Shown here one piece after another: positions 34,989 through 46,661 of a stretch of DNA of 64,000 nt. Source of the stretch: Tetramitus jugosus. Lineage: Eukaryota > Protista > Heterolobosea. The DNA lies in NCBI GenBank assembly GCA_937625935.1, contig OW569382.1:186001-250000 (forward strand), written 5' to 3'. A program made the translations under genes and the position numbers. The notes beneath the pieces were generated by a model. The model was not told where the DNA came from. It did not search any database and worked only from the letters and a program-made list of their open reading frames with translations. Position 1 is the first letter of the stretch; the number at the start of each line of letters is the position of its first letter.

Positions 34989-35948
34989 TTATTCAACGTC
35001 TGCATATTTTTCTTGATCCATGGGATCGGTAATAAAAAAATCGACCGTCTCCATGCAGATGGCGATCGGCTGTTCTTCCTCTTTTTTTGGCATGATGGTG
35101 TAACTGTACTTCATGCCTTCATGCATGTACATACCATTCATACAGTTTTTCACATCCACACTCTTAGGAAGTTCGATTTCGATGTGGTGCGTCTTGCCTT
35201 CATCTCTTCTCTTGACAAAACGCAGCCCCTCAACCTTTGTTCGACGTTCGATGGCCATCTTCGCAATGTCCGCGGAGGGAAACGGGATCAAATTCAAATC
35301 AATAACGACAAAATAGGACTTGTTCTTTTTGAGGATTTTGACATCCTGCTTATAATGGGAGTTTGCGCGCCATTCGTAGTAGAAGAAATTGTCACTCTCC
35401 ATCACCTGATACAGCAAGTGGGCTGGCATTTCTTTCTTGAACTGCAATTGCAGTGACTCCATGTTCATCTTACTTGGTGTCCCTCCCAGTGTCACGCCAG
35501 AGTCTTGATCCTCTTCAGTAGTGACATCATCCTCAGAGTCTGAGAATAGCCTGGTTCTCTTTGTCCTTTCTTCGCGAGCCTTATCCTGAATGGCCCTACT
35601 CTGAGAGATTACGTCAAAGAATCGATCTCTCATTCCTTCGTCGGAGCGCTTCTTGATCCTTTTTTCCTCCAGAATTTCGTCATCTTCGTTGTCACTCTTC
35701 TTCTTCTGAGTACCCTTCTTGCAATAACGATAGACAGCACTTCCAATTTGCTCAGGAGATCTTTTCCAATGTGGATTGGCCTTGGACATGAGATCGCAGA
35801 TGCGCGCATCAGTTTCAGATGGATGGTTCTTCTTATGAATCCCCCAAGATATCTTCAATTCTTCAATGAGATCGTCAGACCACTTGCCTGTTTCTGAAAC
35901 ACTAGGAGAACTTGTCTTCCTTCGTCTTGTTGTTCTTGTATTTGCCAT
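34989..35948 (-). CDS. Transposon accessory protein: Myb/SANT-like (trihelix) domain plus probable HSP20/alpha-crystallin-like C-terminus
   Basis: KWSDDLIEELKISW...ICDLM...WKRSPEQI; C-terminal IELPKSVDV...MYMHEGMKYSYTIMPK; first ATG at 35948. Confidence 0.7.
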   Translation of the reverse strand: MANTRTTRRRKTSSPSVSETGKWSDDLIEELKISWGIHKKNHPSETDARICDLMSKANPHWKRSPEQIGSAVYRYCKKGTQKKKSDNEDDEILEEKRIKKRSDEGMRDRFFDVISQSRAIQDKAREERTKRTRLFSDSEDDVTTEEDQDSGVTLGGTPSKMNMESLQLQFKKEMPAHLLYQVMESDNFFYYEWRANSHYKQDVKILKKNKSYFVVIDLNLIPFPSADIAKMAIERRTKVEGLRFVKRRDEGKTHHIEIELPKSVDVKNCMNGMYMHEGMKYSYTIMPKKEEEQPIAICMETVDFFITDPMDQEKYADVE

Positions 35949-36043
35949 TGATGTTGTTTGTTGATGCTGAAATTTGGCAAAGTTTTCCAAACTTTGCCAT
36001 TTTTCAGCAGTTGCGGCTGGTTGAGTTGAGTTCAACTGAAAGT

Positions 36044-37021
36044 ATGAACTCAACTCAACCAGCGCAACTGCATCAACAACTGCATCAACAACTGCATCAA
36101 CAACTGCATCAACAACTGCATCAACAACTGCATCAACAACTGCATCAACAACTGCATCAACAACTTATGCTGCTTAATATGCTGGGAGAAAGATCATTTA
36201 ACATTGACGAGCGAGAATTTGCTGCAACATTTGGTCTCCATCCTGACATTGCAGATGCAATATTTTCGATTTATCTCGAGAAGCACATTGAGCCGATGCA
36301 TTTCCTTTGGGCGATGAATTATTTGAAAGAGTACAGTGTTGCGCGCGCAATGAACTGGAAGTGGAACACATCAACTACGACATTCGTATCAACAATTTGG
36401 AAAACGTTAAATACCATGCGAGAATGTCTTCCCTCATTTAATATTGATGATCGTATGGCTTTCGAACACTCACCGACAAGTATCTTCAAGAATATTTTTA
36501 TGATTGTCGATGGTACTGAATGCCGAATCAAGAGACAAAAGAGTATGTACCAACAAAGAATTTACTATTCGGGGAAGAAAAAATTTCATGCACTGAAATA
36601 CAACGTTGTTGTATCGATTGCATCTGGAGCAATAATCAGTGTTTCAGGTCCATTTCCTGGATCGACTCATGATCTCAGGATGTGGAGATTGTGGAGGGTG
36701 AAATATGACAAATACATTTTCAGTTCTGAATTGGTGATGGCAGACAAAGCATACATCTCAGATGAATTGTGCTTTTGTCCATACAAGAGCAAGAAGGGGA
36801 GGAAACTCGGATGGAAGAAGAGACTTTTCAATTACCTCCATGGGAGTGTGAGGGTCATAGTTGAACAGACCATAGGCAGGGTAAAGACATTTAACATTCT
36901 CAAGAATGTTTTCAGAGGGAGTTTATGGCGACACAAGCTCTATTTTATTGTTTGTTGCCAATTGGCAAATTTGACCATTCTTGCTTCGCCGCTGCGCCGC
37001 TCGGTCAGCAAACTGCTGTAG
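36044..37021 (+). CDS. DDE transposase (DDE_Tnp_4, Harbinger/IS5-like); true start may be 36167
   Basis: IVDGTECRI, YYSGKKKFHALKY, PGSTHD, ADKAY, FN..H...RVIVEQTIGRVK with an intact D-D-E triad. Confidence 0.93.
   Translation: MNSTQPAQLHQQLHQQLHQQLHQQLHQQLHQQLHQQLHQQLMLLNMLGERSFNIDEREFAATFGLHPDIADAIFSIYLEKHIEPMHFLWAMNYLKEYSVARAMNWKWNTSTTTFVSTIWKTLNTMRECLPSFNIDDRMAFEHSPTSIFKNIFMIVDGTECRIKRQKSMYQQRIYYSGKKKFHALKYNVVVSIASGAIISVSGPFPGSTHDLRMWRLWRVKYDKYIFSSELVMADKAYISDELCFCPYKSKKGRKLGWKKRLFNYLHGSVRVIVEQTIGRVKTFNILKNVFRGSLWRHKLYFIVCCQLANLTILASPLRRSVSKLL
36065..36165 (+). repeat. 12-bp tandem repeat (CAACTGCATCAA) x8
   Basis: Perfect copies read directly; encodes (QLHQ)8 if translated. Confidence 0.95.
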
Positions 37022-37224
37022 TTTGGAGATGGCTGGTTTTTTCAATTCGGGATGGCAAATGTCCGAACGAAAAAATAAAATGCAACACAATCGCTTTTCG
37101 TACAAGTCTATTGCACAAGAGAACACACAACAAAAAACAACACTCTCAAAAAAACACAACACCATCATCCATTAGACCTACTCTCAACAACAACAACAAG
37201 ACTTGCTTTTTTTTTTAGTATCCA

Positions 37225-38049
37225 ATGGAAGACAACAACAACGTTCACTCTCCCAATTCACCAACAACAACAGCAACAAAAAAGAGGAGGCTCTCAGTGA
37301 AAAACATGATACAAACTACGATATCTAGAGCCAATAGTCCCACAACTGCCAACAGTGTCAGACGAAAATCAACATCATCAGTCTCTGTGACTGGTCACAT
37401 ATTTAGTGGCAGTGGCATCACTCATGAAAATCGATTTGGTAACATTTGGTTCGATGGATACAATGACCATCACAATGATGATGATGATCACTATCCATCT
37501 TCATCTTTATCCTCACATCACCATCACTCCTCATCACCATCACTATCCAATCACAGTAATAGTAGTAGTGGTAGTAGGAGAAAGAGTGTGGGAAGTCATA
37601 GCAGTAGTACTCCTGCTCTCAATAAGCGCACTCATCGAAACAGTTATCATCATGATGGTAATGGTGGTGGTGGTTCTCATCATCATCATCAACAACAACA
37701 ACAACAACACTTTTCATACTCTACTCATCGTAATCGCTTCCATGATGGCAGTGATGATGAAGGTGGTGATGACTATGAAAATAATGAAAATGTGGACATT
37801 TATGACATTGATCATCGATATACATCATCATCATCCAGTTCAACAAGAACAACGAGTACACCAGACAAGAAAAAGAGATTGTCCATGATCTTTTCATCAT
37901 CATCATCATCATCTTCTTCCTCTACTTCGACTTCTCCCTTGCACTATGATTATCATAACAACAATAGTAATAGTGGCAGTAGTAGTTCGAAACCTCACTT
38001 GTTCTCCAAATTGAAAATGCTCATTCAAAACAATAACAAGGCAAAGTAA
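37225..38049 (+). CDS. Hypothetical Ser/His-rich disordered protein
   Basis: 274-aa ORF with ATG after an AC-rich leader; several RRxS motifs. Confidence 0.6.
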   Translation: MEDNNNVHSPNSPTTTATKKRRLSVKNMIQTTISRANSPTTANSVRRKSTSSVSVTGHIFSGSGITHENRFGNIWFDGYNDHHNDDDDHYPSSSLSSHHHHSSSPSLSNHSNSSSGSRRKSVGSHSSSTPALNKRTHRNSYHHDGNGGGGSHHHHQQQQQQHFSYSTHRNRFHDGSDDEGGDDYENNENVDIYDIDHRYTSSSSSSTRTTSTPDKKKRLSMIFSSSSSSSSSSTSTSPLHYDYHNNNSNSGSSSSKPHLFSKLKMLIQNNNKAK

Positions 38050-38455
38050 GTGGATATGCATCCACTGTGCACGATGCACTTGTATGTGCATCAATCACCA
38101 CATTTAGAATTGGACGACACACATGTTGTCGTTTCACCTCCTCTGCTAGATATGGTGTTGTATGACAGCAACACATATCAGTCTCTCTATCTTTATTGTA
38201 TGCTTGTCCGGATTATTATCATCATCATCGTTATTATTGAACAATTCAATAAATATCATACACAAACTTTGATACTCCATTTTGTAGAATCGGAAGATTA
38301 AAACACCCGACGACAGTCCAACCGTCGTCGACATCCAATTACGGTTTTTTGGAACTCTAGAGTCTTCTTGAGTCACCACCAGGTCTTCTCCATCAATTGC
38401 TTTTCCGAAAATTGCGTGAAGTAAGAATTTAGAAACAATTAGAGATTGACAAGAC

Positions 38456-40438
38456 ATGAGTGCACGGCATTCCTCGACAATGATAAAGCTCACTGAGCAG
38501 TTTCCAAGTGGCCTACCGTCAAACTTGAGACCCATTTGGATTGAATCCTATATCGTCATTGTACCTAGTGAGAGCATATGGCAAGAACAGAACGAAATGA
38601 ACGAATCCATCATGGCCAGAGCGTCCATCACTGCCTCTGTTGTTGTGCCAGAGAATAATAACTCTCATGGGGAATCAGCACCACAAGACAGAGGCACACA
38701 GCATCTCAAGCATCCCAACAGTGCCAGTCCGACTCGAAGATTAACAATACGTTCTCAACAAGATGTTAGCAACAGCAAACCTTGGACGCACGAGCAGGAG
38801 AAACAAGTAAAAGCAGTCAGTCAGTTGAATGAAACACTAGGACTCATGAAACACAGTGCAAGAGCAGCATGGGAGAGAGGAGATTGGACAGAAGTGTTGA
38901 GTTTGTTGGAGAAGTACTCGGATATCAAGTCATATGTCTACGGAAAAGGGCACTCGGAGTCTGTTCAGGCCAAGACCTTACATGTAATAATGATGTCAAA
39001 CTATGCTTCAGAATTATCGATCAAAGGTAGGATCTGTTCCCTTATTTATTTATTGTTGCCTCTCAAGTAACTTAAAGTTGAATGGTGTGTGTGTATTTCA
39101 GGAGATTTGACCAGAGCGTTCGCAGTATTCAAGAATGTTGAAACAATGACCTCTGACATTGAAGTTGAAAAATCGAAGGTGTTCCTTTATTCTATCCTGT
39201 ACAACAACTTAGCAAATTATTTTTACAAAAGAAAGAAGTGGAATGTTGCGGCTCGGTATGCAAAAGATGCATACAAGAATTGGCGAAAAATGAATACTGT
39301 GCAACATACTCTCTATTTCTTGCTGAAGTGTGGAACTGCATCGTGTCTGGCTGGAAAATACCAAGATGCAGATGACTATCTTTCGAATGGGTTGTTAGTA
39401 CGTGCAGAGTTGGAGAATTTAGTAGGCAAAGGAGACTTGCCTCTCTATGAAATGTCGATGAAACTACCTCCTTCCTTCACGATGACAGCTCAAGAGATAG
39501 TGATTTGCATTGACGCGATATCTCAATTTAATGTGGCAGTTGTCCATGCAGCCAATCGACAGTATCTCAAGGCAGAAAAGCAGTGTCAAAAATGTATTGA
39601 TCTGTTTGTTGAAGTTTTTGATCCTGCTCATCCATGGTTAAAACATGTTCGAAAAGCTTATGACGTTCTCCTCCAAAAAACCCAGAGGCTATCGTTCGAT
39701 AACTTTAAAATCAAATCAGATATACACGTCCACAGAGGATACTTCAATTCAATGGCTCGACCTGTGAGAGATTCAATGATTCAGTCACTATCAGAAAAGG
39801 AGAAGGTATCTCTTGTATCCACAGTTGACTCGAATCAACACAACAATTCCTTATCCAGACATAAGAGACTCCAATTTATCTTCCCATTTCTGAAAAATGA
39901 AACTGTTACTTCTCTGTTTACCCCTGATAAGAGCTCTGGAACGAGTAAGAACGAAGGAGGAACGAAAAGGGTAGGAGAACGGAAATCTTCAGTGTCCACG
40001 GCTTTGAACGACGCCAGATCGGGTGTGATGAATACTCAAAAGACCAAGAACGTTAAAAACACAATAATTCTACCCCCTGTAGTATCTCCTATTCAATCTC
40101 CCTCATCCCAATCCAGAATAGAAATGAACACAACAAAGGAGAGTATGTTCGAAAGTGGCTCGATCGAGGAAACAAGTGATAAGGTAGTGAAAGAGGAAGG
40201 ATTGATAGCAGAGACCACAAATCAGAATGAAGAACATTTGCAAGGTCAAAAGAAAGCTCAAGAACAGACCAAAGTTGAGAAAGAGTTATTCAACAAGTCA
40301 GCGACTGTTATTCAGAAAAGCTATAGGAAAAGGTTAGCTCGAAAAGACGTGACAAAGGTTTCAAAGGAGATGGAAGAATCAAAGGACAAGGGAGTGACTA
40401 CGAACAAAGATTCAATGGATCATCTTAAACGATTGTAA
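38456..40438 (+). CDS. TPR-repeat protein with C-terminal IQ motif (exons 38456-39026, 39102-40438)
   Basis: LYNNLANYFYK TPR-like helices, SATVIQKSYRKRLARK IQ motif; phase-1 intron joins the two ORFs. Confidence 0.75.
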
Positions 40439-40589
40439 AGTGGTTCCACGTGTGAAAAGTCTCTGGATTGTATTGCTCGTCCTTTGTTTTTTGCACACAA
40501 CTGAATTGCATCTCAACGTCAAAACAAGTTCTCCACACCAACAACCAAAAAAACACATAAAAAACCGCACACACAAGACACGCAATTTT

Positions 40590-43137
40590 ATGAGCGATTC
40601 TCATCATCCTCACCATTCATCTTCTCCATCTGAAGTGAATCGTAGACTACCATCCTCCTCCTCCTCCTCCTCTGTCAATCATCATCGCTCACCACCACCA
40701 CCACCACCTCATCACCAACAACAACAACAACAACATCATTATGCAAATGGTAAAAACAATAACAGTCATCATGATGACATGATGATGCACAACAACAACA
40801 ACAACAACAACAACAACGATAATTATTACTCTAGGAATGATCGATATGGCCATCAACAACATCAACAACAATATCGTTACAATGATGAACGTCGCTCCTC
40901 CCATCGATCCAACTATAATCGAGAGCGTGATGATGATCGAAATCATCGTCAGCATCATCGTTCTCATCACTCTCCATACAATCATCATCATAGTCACAAC
41001 AACCATTACAACAATAACAACAATAGAGAGTATTATCGTGGTGATAATCATCAATATGATTCTAATCATAGAAGAAGATATTCTCAACATGAAAATCAAC
41101 ATTATCGTCAATACAACAATTATGATGATCGTCATCACAACAACAATAACAACAACAACAACAACAATCATCACTCTTCACCACCATCATCACTATTCTA
41201 TGATACAATGACCAATCTCCATTCAGACACATGTCTCATTCGAATGATGAATGATGAGTCATTGTTGTCTCATGTCATTCAATACATGAAACATCATCAA
41301 CTCAATCACACACTCATGAATCCATCCATTGAATACAAGAGAAGTGAATTGATGAGAGGATTGAGAGAAAAGCACAGTGAATGGATTCCACAACGATTAA
41401 AGATCAATGTACCCAAAGAGTCATTCAATCGATGGGTCATTGAACGAAAAACCATTGAAGAATTGTATTGTTATCAACAACAACAGCAACAACAATCAAA
41501 TGAAAACAAGAAGAATGAAGAAAAGAATGAATCAGTAACAATAACAACAACCATTGTAGATCCATTGATACCAAGTATCGTAGGTTATCATCACTCATCA
41601 TCATCATCAACTCATGTCGACAATACAACAAATCAACCAACTGATGGAGACGAAACTTACACAAACACCAATAATCATACTAATAATCATACAAATAATC
41701 ATAAGAGTAATAGTAATACAACAAGTGTACTATTGTCACGTGAAATATTTGAAGATGTACCCATCAAAGTCAACATGTTTCCCAAGAATGCAATCGAAGC
41801 CAAGAAATCATTTGAAACGTACATGCAATCTGCGAGAGTCATGTCACGTGACACTTTGATCTCTCCACTACCATCCACTGTGTGTGATCACATTGATGAA
41901 TTGTGTAATCAAGAACAGGAATGGATCAATCAAATCATGAAAAGTGATCATATTGATGGTGATGAAGAGAATAACAACAAGCACAAAATTATGAATGATC
42001 GATTGAAACTGTTCAAATCAATCATCAATCCCATCTTTTGTCAATATTGGAAACCGTTGGTGGATGATTTGTGCACTGACTTGGCACTGTACGCTCATGA
42101 TCAAGCCAAACAATTGCATGATTTGATTGAAAAACAAGATGTTTCTATTGTTGGAGACAACAACAACACCAACAACACGACTAGTTCATCATCAAGTGTC
42201 ACTGTAGAAGAGAATCGAAGAAACCACACAATCAATATTTATTTTAGAGAGTTTCAAGCATCGCTCAATCTCTCTCACTATCACAAACTGCTTCGTTTTT
42301 ACAAGATTAGAAAAAATGACATGTGTGAACAAACACAACAACAAAAAGAACAAGAGCAGTTGCATGCAACAGTGGACATGAGTCAATTTCACGAGTATTT
42401 GACATGTTTATTGATACGTTATGCTGCATTCTTTGGTGGATTGAGGAATCGGTATGAGGGATCAGGTCTACAGTCAGCATTGCCAGAGAAGGCATTTGCT
42501 TATTTGCGTGATGAGTTTAGCGTTCAGTTGGAGTGCTTTGCTAGTCCTCTCAACAGCTATTTCCCCAATTATTGTTCCATGTTTCCTGACATTGATCAAA
42601 TATTTGGATCCGTGGGTAGTTTCTTTGATTTTCATCCGACGCAGGGCAGTTTTGAATCGAATCCTCCATTTGTTGAAGGTACGAATTTATTATTGTATTC
42701 TTTTGTTTGTGTGTATTGATATTGCAGTGTCATGATATATATGTGTGTGAACAAAGAACACCTCTTGTTAACACATATTTTTAACAAAACAACCAATGAT
42801 AGAGCTCATGATAAAAATGGTGGAGCACATTGAGAAGCTGTTGTCTGCATCGGACAAGGAATTGTCATTCATTGTCATTGTACCGAATTGGATGGATGCA
42901 CAGAGCTTGCAACTCATGTGCAAATCTAAATTCCTGCGCAAGGACTGCGTACTGGAGGCCAACAAGCACGGATACGTCAACGGATTTCAACACAATTCAC
43001 ATGACAACAAGAGAAAGTTTAGAGCAGTGCATGAAACGCACGTATTCTTCTTGCAGAACGATGCTGGATACAAGAGATGGACTCCAACCGAGGAGAAGGT
43101 GGATGGGTTTGTTCGCGCATTTGAAGTGTTGAACTAG
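40590..43137 (+). CDS. PCIF1: PCIF1/CAPAM-family adenine-N6 methyltransferase (exons 40590-42678, 42803-43137)
   Basis: ESFNRW, GLQSALP, ECFASPLN, FGSVGSFFDF, catalytic NPPF(VEE), LSFIVIVPNW, T.VFFLQNDAG. Confidence 0.9.
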
Positions 43138-43644
43138 TGACTCAAAAGAGCCTCACATTGAAAATAAAAACCTCCGTAACCCCACCGTGAATGTCACCAC
43201 TCCGAAACCCCCCTTGCGGCTTCGCGTGTGATCTCCGTATTTTCGTGGGATTGTCATCCGTCAGGTCGGGGAATAGGCCGCCAATTTGTTTGGCAAGAGA
43301 ACACCGCCAAGTTCGAATACGAGACCTGCGACCCCCCATCAAATCCACCAACACCAAAAAAAAGTGTCACAAACAAACTCTCCAGAAGAAACACACAGAC
43401 AAAAACGACTTGAAGTGATTGTTCCACAAAAAGAACAATCTATCCAGAGCAACAACAAAGCAATCATTCAGTTGATATCACACAATCACATCAGGCACTA
43501 ATAATTGACTTGGGGGTGAAAAAAAATAGTTGATTTTACCACATATATATTCATTCACACGACGACGACGATTGAGATTATCCTTTCGACGGATATCACA
43601 GATAAACAAAATCATCAACAAACTCAACAAATAGATATCTAAAT

Positions 43645-45753
43645 ATGGATCATTATCAAGTGACAACGAGGTTGGCACAGGGAACAGAAGGCATTGTGTT
43701 TCTCGCTCAAAATTCAAATCATCCAGACAAGAAATTTGTCATCAAGGCATTTCATTGCTCATCGAAAACAGAGTTGGATCACATGACTGATCAAGTACGA
43801 GTGTTGATATCAGATTGGAGACATGAGCACATTGTGCGGCACTTTGAATTCTTTACAGAGCAAATTTCTGATGATGTTGATAATTTTGATTGCATGGAAC
43901 AACAGCAACAATATCGTCTCTATGTAGCCATGAATTATTGTTCAAAGGGAACACTGGATGAATACTTGTACTATCATCAATACACTCACAACAATAATCA
44001 TAATACAAACAATACAAGTAATACAAACAACAATACAAATGACAATAATAACAATACAAATAATCATACAACTAATGCAACAACTAATCAACAATCAATG
44101 TACAATTATGAGAGTGATGATCGATTGAACGTGTCATCATCATTGCTGTGGAAATGGTTGTGTCAAATCAGTGATGCCATACGGTATTTCCATGTGGATA
44201 AATCAGAGGCACACAGGGACCTCAAGGCAGAAAACATTTTGTTGTGTGATCGATGCCATGACTTGCACATGAATTTTATATATGATAATCTCACTCATCA
44301 GAATCATCATTATACCAACAATCATGATGATAATATGAGTCATGAGGAGAGTAGTAGTAGTAGTCAATGTAATAATAACAGTAATAACAGTAATAATAGT
44401 ACTAGTAGTAATAATAGTAGTAATAGTATAGATGTAGTGTTGTGTGATTTTGGAATCACAAAATGGAATCACACCAATAATCAATCCGTGCCCAATCTAG
44501 GATCACCACTGTACATGTCACCAGAAATTATTAATCGGTCGATATTTGATGGTAATTTGGAATCGGATATCTGGTCATTTGGTATCTTGATTCTCCAGTG
44601 TATGCTTCTGTGCTGCTCCAGAGAGTTGCCACCAGTGGTTCAAATGGTGGCTGATGACTCTGATGCCATTATACACTATGTCAAACAGCAACAACAAGAG
44701 AGTAGCAGTGAGATGACCCTTGATCAAAAGAGTCAGTTTCGTCCACTGCTCGGACACCATGATTTATTAATGTTGTGTCATGATTGCTGTGTGATTAATC
44801 CGAGTGATCGACCAACGATTCAACAAGTTCATGAACGATTACTTTCCATGCACCTTTTAGCTCAGTCGTCATCTTCTTCATCGAGTGTGTCAACTATTGA
44901 TGCAGTTGTGAGGCCTCAACAACGATTGCGCAATCGTATGGTTCTCAAGGGCATTTCTGTGCGGCCAACACATTCGTCAATGTCATCGCCTGAAGCAGAA
45001 TCATCGCCACCTGTCTCGAGTAGTTCAGACTCTGAAGGGTTCAGTGATGCTTCACCAGCCACATCAATTCTTCATACGGGAAGCAGCAGCATCAGTAGCA
45101 TGGACTCTCAACCAAGCACTCCTACTACGGACATGATGACGACAGCAACAGATTCTTCACCTTCCAACGGTGGCTCTTCAAAGACATCTTCCAAGTCTCC
45201 TGCCATACGATCATCCATGCGCTTTGCTAATCTGAGAAACAAGTTATCAAGACCATTTCACAAGGGAGGAGATTCCACTTCTTCATCGTCGTCAAATGTG
45301 TCTCCGACAGTGGTCTCATCACCCACAGCCTCATCAACAGATGAGCTATCAAGCAGTTCGCCTGCACCTACTGATACATCGACAGCTACTAGCACGAGCG
45401 GTAGTAGCAACGGCAACAATAACAGTAGTAGCAATTCTCGGCGCACAAATCGCATCAGAGGATGGCGCAGTGAGAATCGCACCAATGTCATTCGAGCTCT
45501 TGTTCCTATCAGTACCAGCGAATCCGAGCCTGAGCAGTTAGCAAGAGGTCTCCGAAGAGTCGTTCAATCCAACTCAACACCTACCCCACCATCCACGAAT
45601 GAACCGCCCACAACAGACATCGAACTGCAACCAGTTGACAAGCAGACAATTGAAGCAGCAGAGAAAATACCTCATCAAGACTTGGATGATTCGGAATGTG
45701 GTGAAGGAGATGAACTGTCCACTTCTCCTTCACAAAAATGTTTTGTCATGTAA
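43645..45753 (+). CDS. Ser/Thr protein kinase with Asn-rich inserts and C-terminal CaaX box
   Basis: VIK, HRDLKAENIL, DFG, GSPLYMSPE, SDIWSFG; ends CFVM*. Confidence 0.9.
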   Translation: MDHYQVTTRLAQGTEGIVFLAQNSNHPDKKFVIKAFHCSSKTELDHMTDQVRVLISDWRHEHIVRHFEFFTEQISDDVDNFDCMEQQQQYRLYVAMNYCSKGTLDEYLYYHQYTHNNNHNTNNTSNTNNNTNDNNNNTNNHTTNATTNQQSMYNYESDDRLNVSSSLLWKWLCQISDAIRYFHVDKSEAHRDLKAENILLCDRCHDLHMNFIYDNLTHQNHHYTNNHDDNMSHEESSSSSQCNNNSNNSNNSTSSNNSSNSIDVVLCDFGITKWNHTNNQSVPNLGSPLYMSPEIINRSIFDGNLESDIWSFGILILQCMLLCCSRELPPVVQMVADDSDAIIHYVKQQQQESSSEMTLDQKSQFRPLLGHHDLLMLCHDCCVINPSDRPTIQQVHERLLSMHLLAQSSSSSSSVSTIDAVVRPQQRLRNRMVLKGISVRPTHSSMSSPEAESSPPVSSSSDSEGFSDASPATSILHTGSSSISSMDSQPSTPTTDMMTTATDSSPSNGGSSKTSSKSPAIRSSMRFANLRNKLSRPFHKGGDSTSSSSSNVSPTVVSSPTASSTDELSSSSPAPTDTSTATSTSGSSNGNNNSSSNSRRTNRIRGWRSENRTNVIRALVPISTSESEPEQLARGLRRVVQSNSTPTPPSTNEPPTTDIELQPVDKQTIEAAEKIPHQDLDDSECGEGDELSTSPSQKCFVM

Positions 45754-45873
45754 TCTCTTTTTTGTATCCACTCTTCGCGTAGTAATAAAAACTCCGCAAT
45801 TTTGTATCGGAACTCATTGAACCTTCCATGACACACAAACGATAAAAAAAATCAACAATAACAACAACAAATC

Positions 45874-46661
45874 ATGTCGTTCCGAAAATTGAATAGCGAG
45901 CATTTGAATGACTTGGAGTTCCTAACAACTCTCGATGTCGATTGTGCGTATCAGTACAGTTATTTTTTTCACTTTGAAATGTTTTTTAACACCATCTCCA
46001 TTCATTCATTTATTCTCTCTCTAAATATATGCATACATTAGATGTGTCAGAATTCTGTCGGATTGCAATCGATTTCATTGTCAATGGCGGTGCTGCCAGT
46101 GCCTCCTCCCGTTCTGCACAAAAGCTCTTTGTTGCCGCATCTAAAAAACTAGGCTGCTCAAAAGATGACATTCAAAAAACAGTGACCAGTCTGTCCTATC
46201 TGTTCACCGAGTGTGCAAAGTTGGACATGGATGTCTTGAGACTCAAGTATGCACTGACTGTTGACTCGGACAAGTGGAAGGAATTGGATGCTGACCATGT
46301 TCGATTGCAAGTGATTGGTGATTGTTATGAACAGAATCAGGCCAATCTCAGAAACTTGTTCTTGAAGATTGACAGTACCGAAAGTTGCTTTGGTATTCGA
46401 ACCATTCCACAGTACAAGGACTTTGAGTGGAGATTGGACATGGAGTGTGATCGAAGATCAATGATGAACAATGGTGGTGGTGGAAGCAATGCAGAGTTGA
46501 AACCGACATTTATGGTTCATTTGGTGACGAATCAAAAGGACAAGGACTACAATTTTCAAATGTCGTTTGATGATTTGAAGCATGTGACAGATGTCATGGG
46601 AGAAGCATTGAAGGAATTGAAGAGTGCTCATGTGAGAAGAATACGTCACTATATTCACTAA
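45874..46661 (+). CDS. COMMD2: COMM domain protein 2 (exons 45874-45943, 46042-46661)
   Basis: EFCRIAIDFI, LSYLFTECAKL, PQYKDFEWRLD, ALKELKSAHVRRI; GTGCGT..TAG intron. Confidence 0.85.

Larger units (their letters stand above)
34890..37109. mobile_element. PIF/Harbinger-superfamily DNA transposon, 2220 bp, apparently intact
   Basis: Terminal inverted repeats RRACTTGTACGAAAAG(T/C)GA at 34890-34908 and 37091-37109; AT on both flanks (34888-34889, 37110-37111); two divergent ORFs. Confidence 0.88.

Noticed and set aside
36065-36165. CRISPR-like array
   Set aside because: Contiguous 12-bp tandem units with no spacers, eukaryotic context, no cas genes
43190-43340. GC-richer intergenic stretch as an ncRNA
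   Set aside because: No convincing stems or RNA family motifs; probably the kinase promoter
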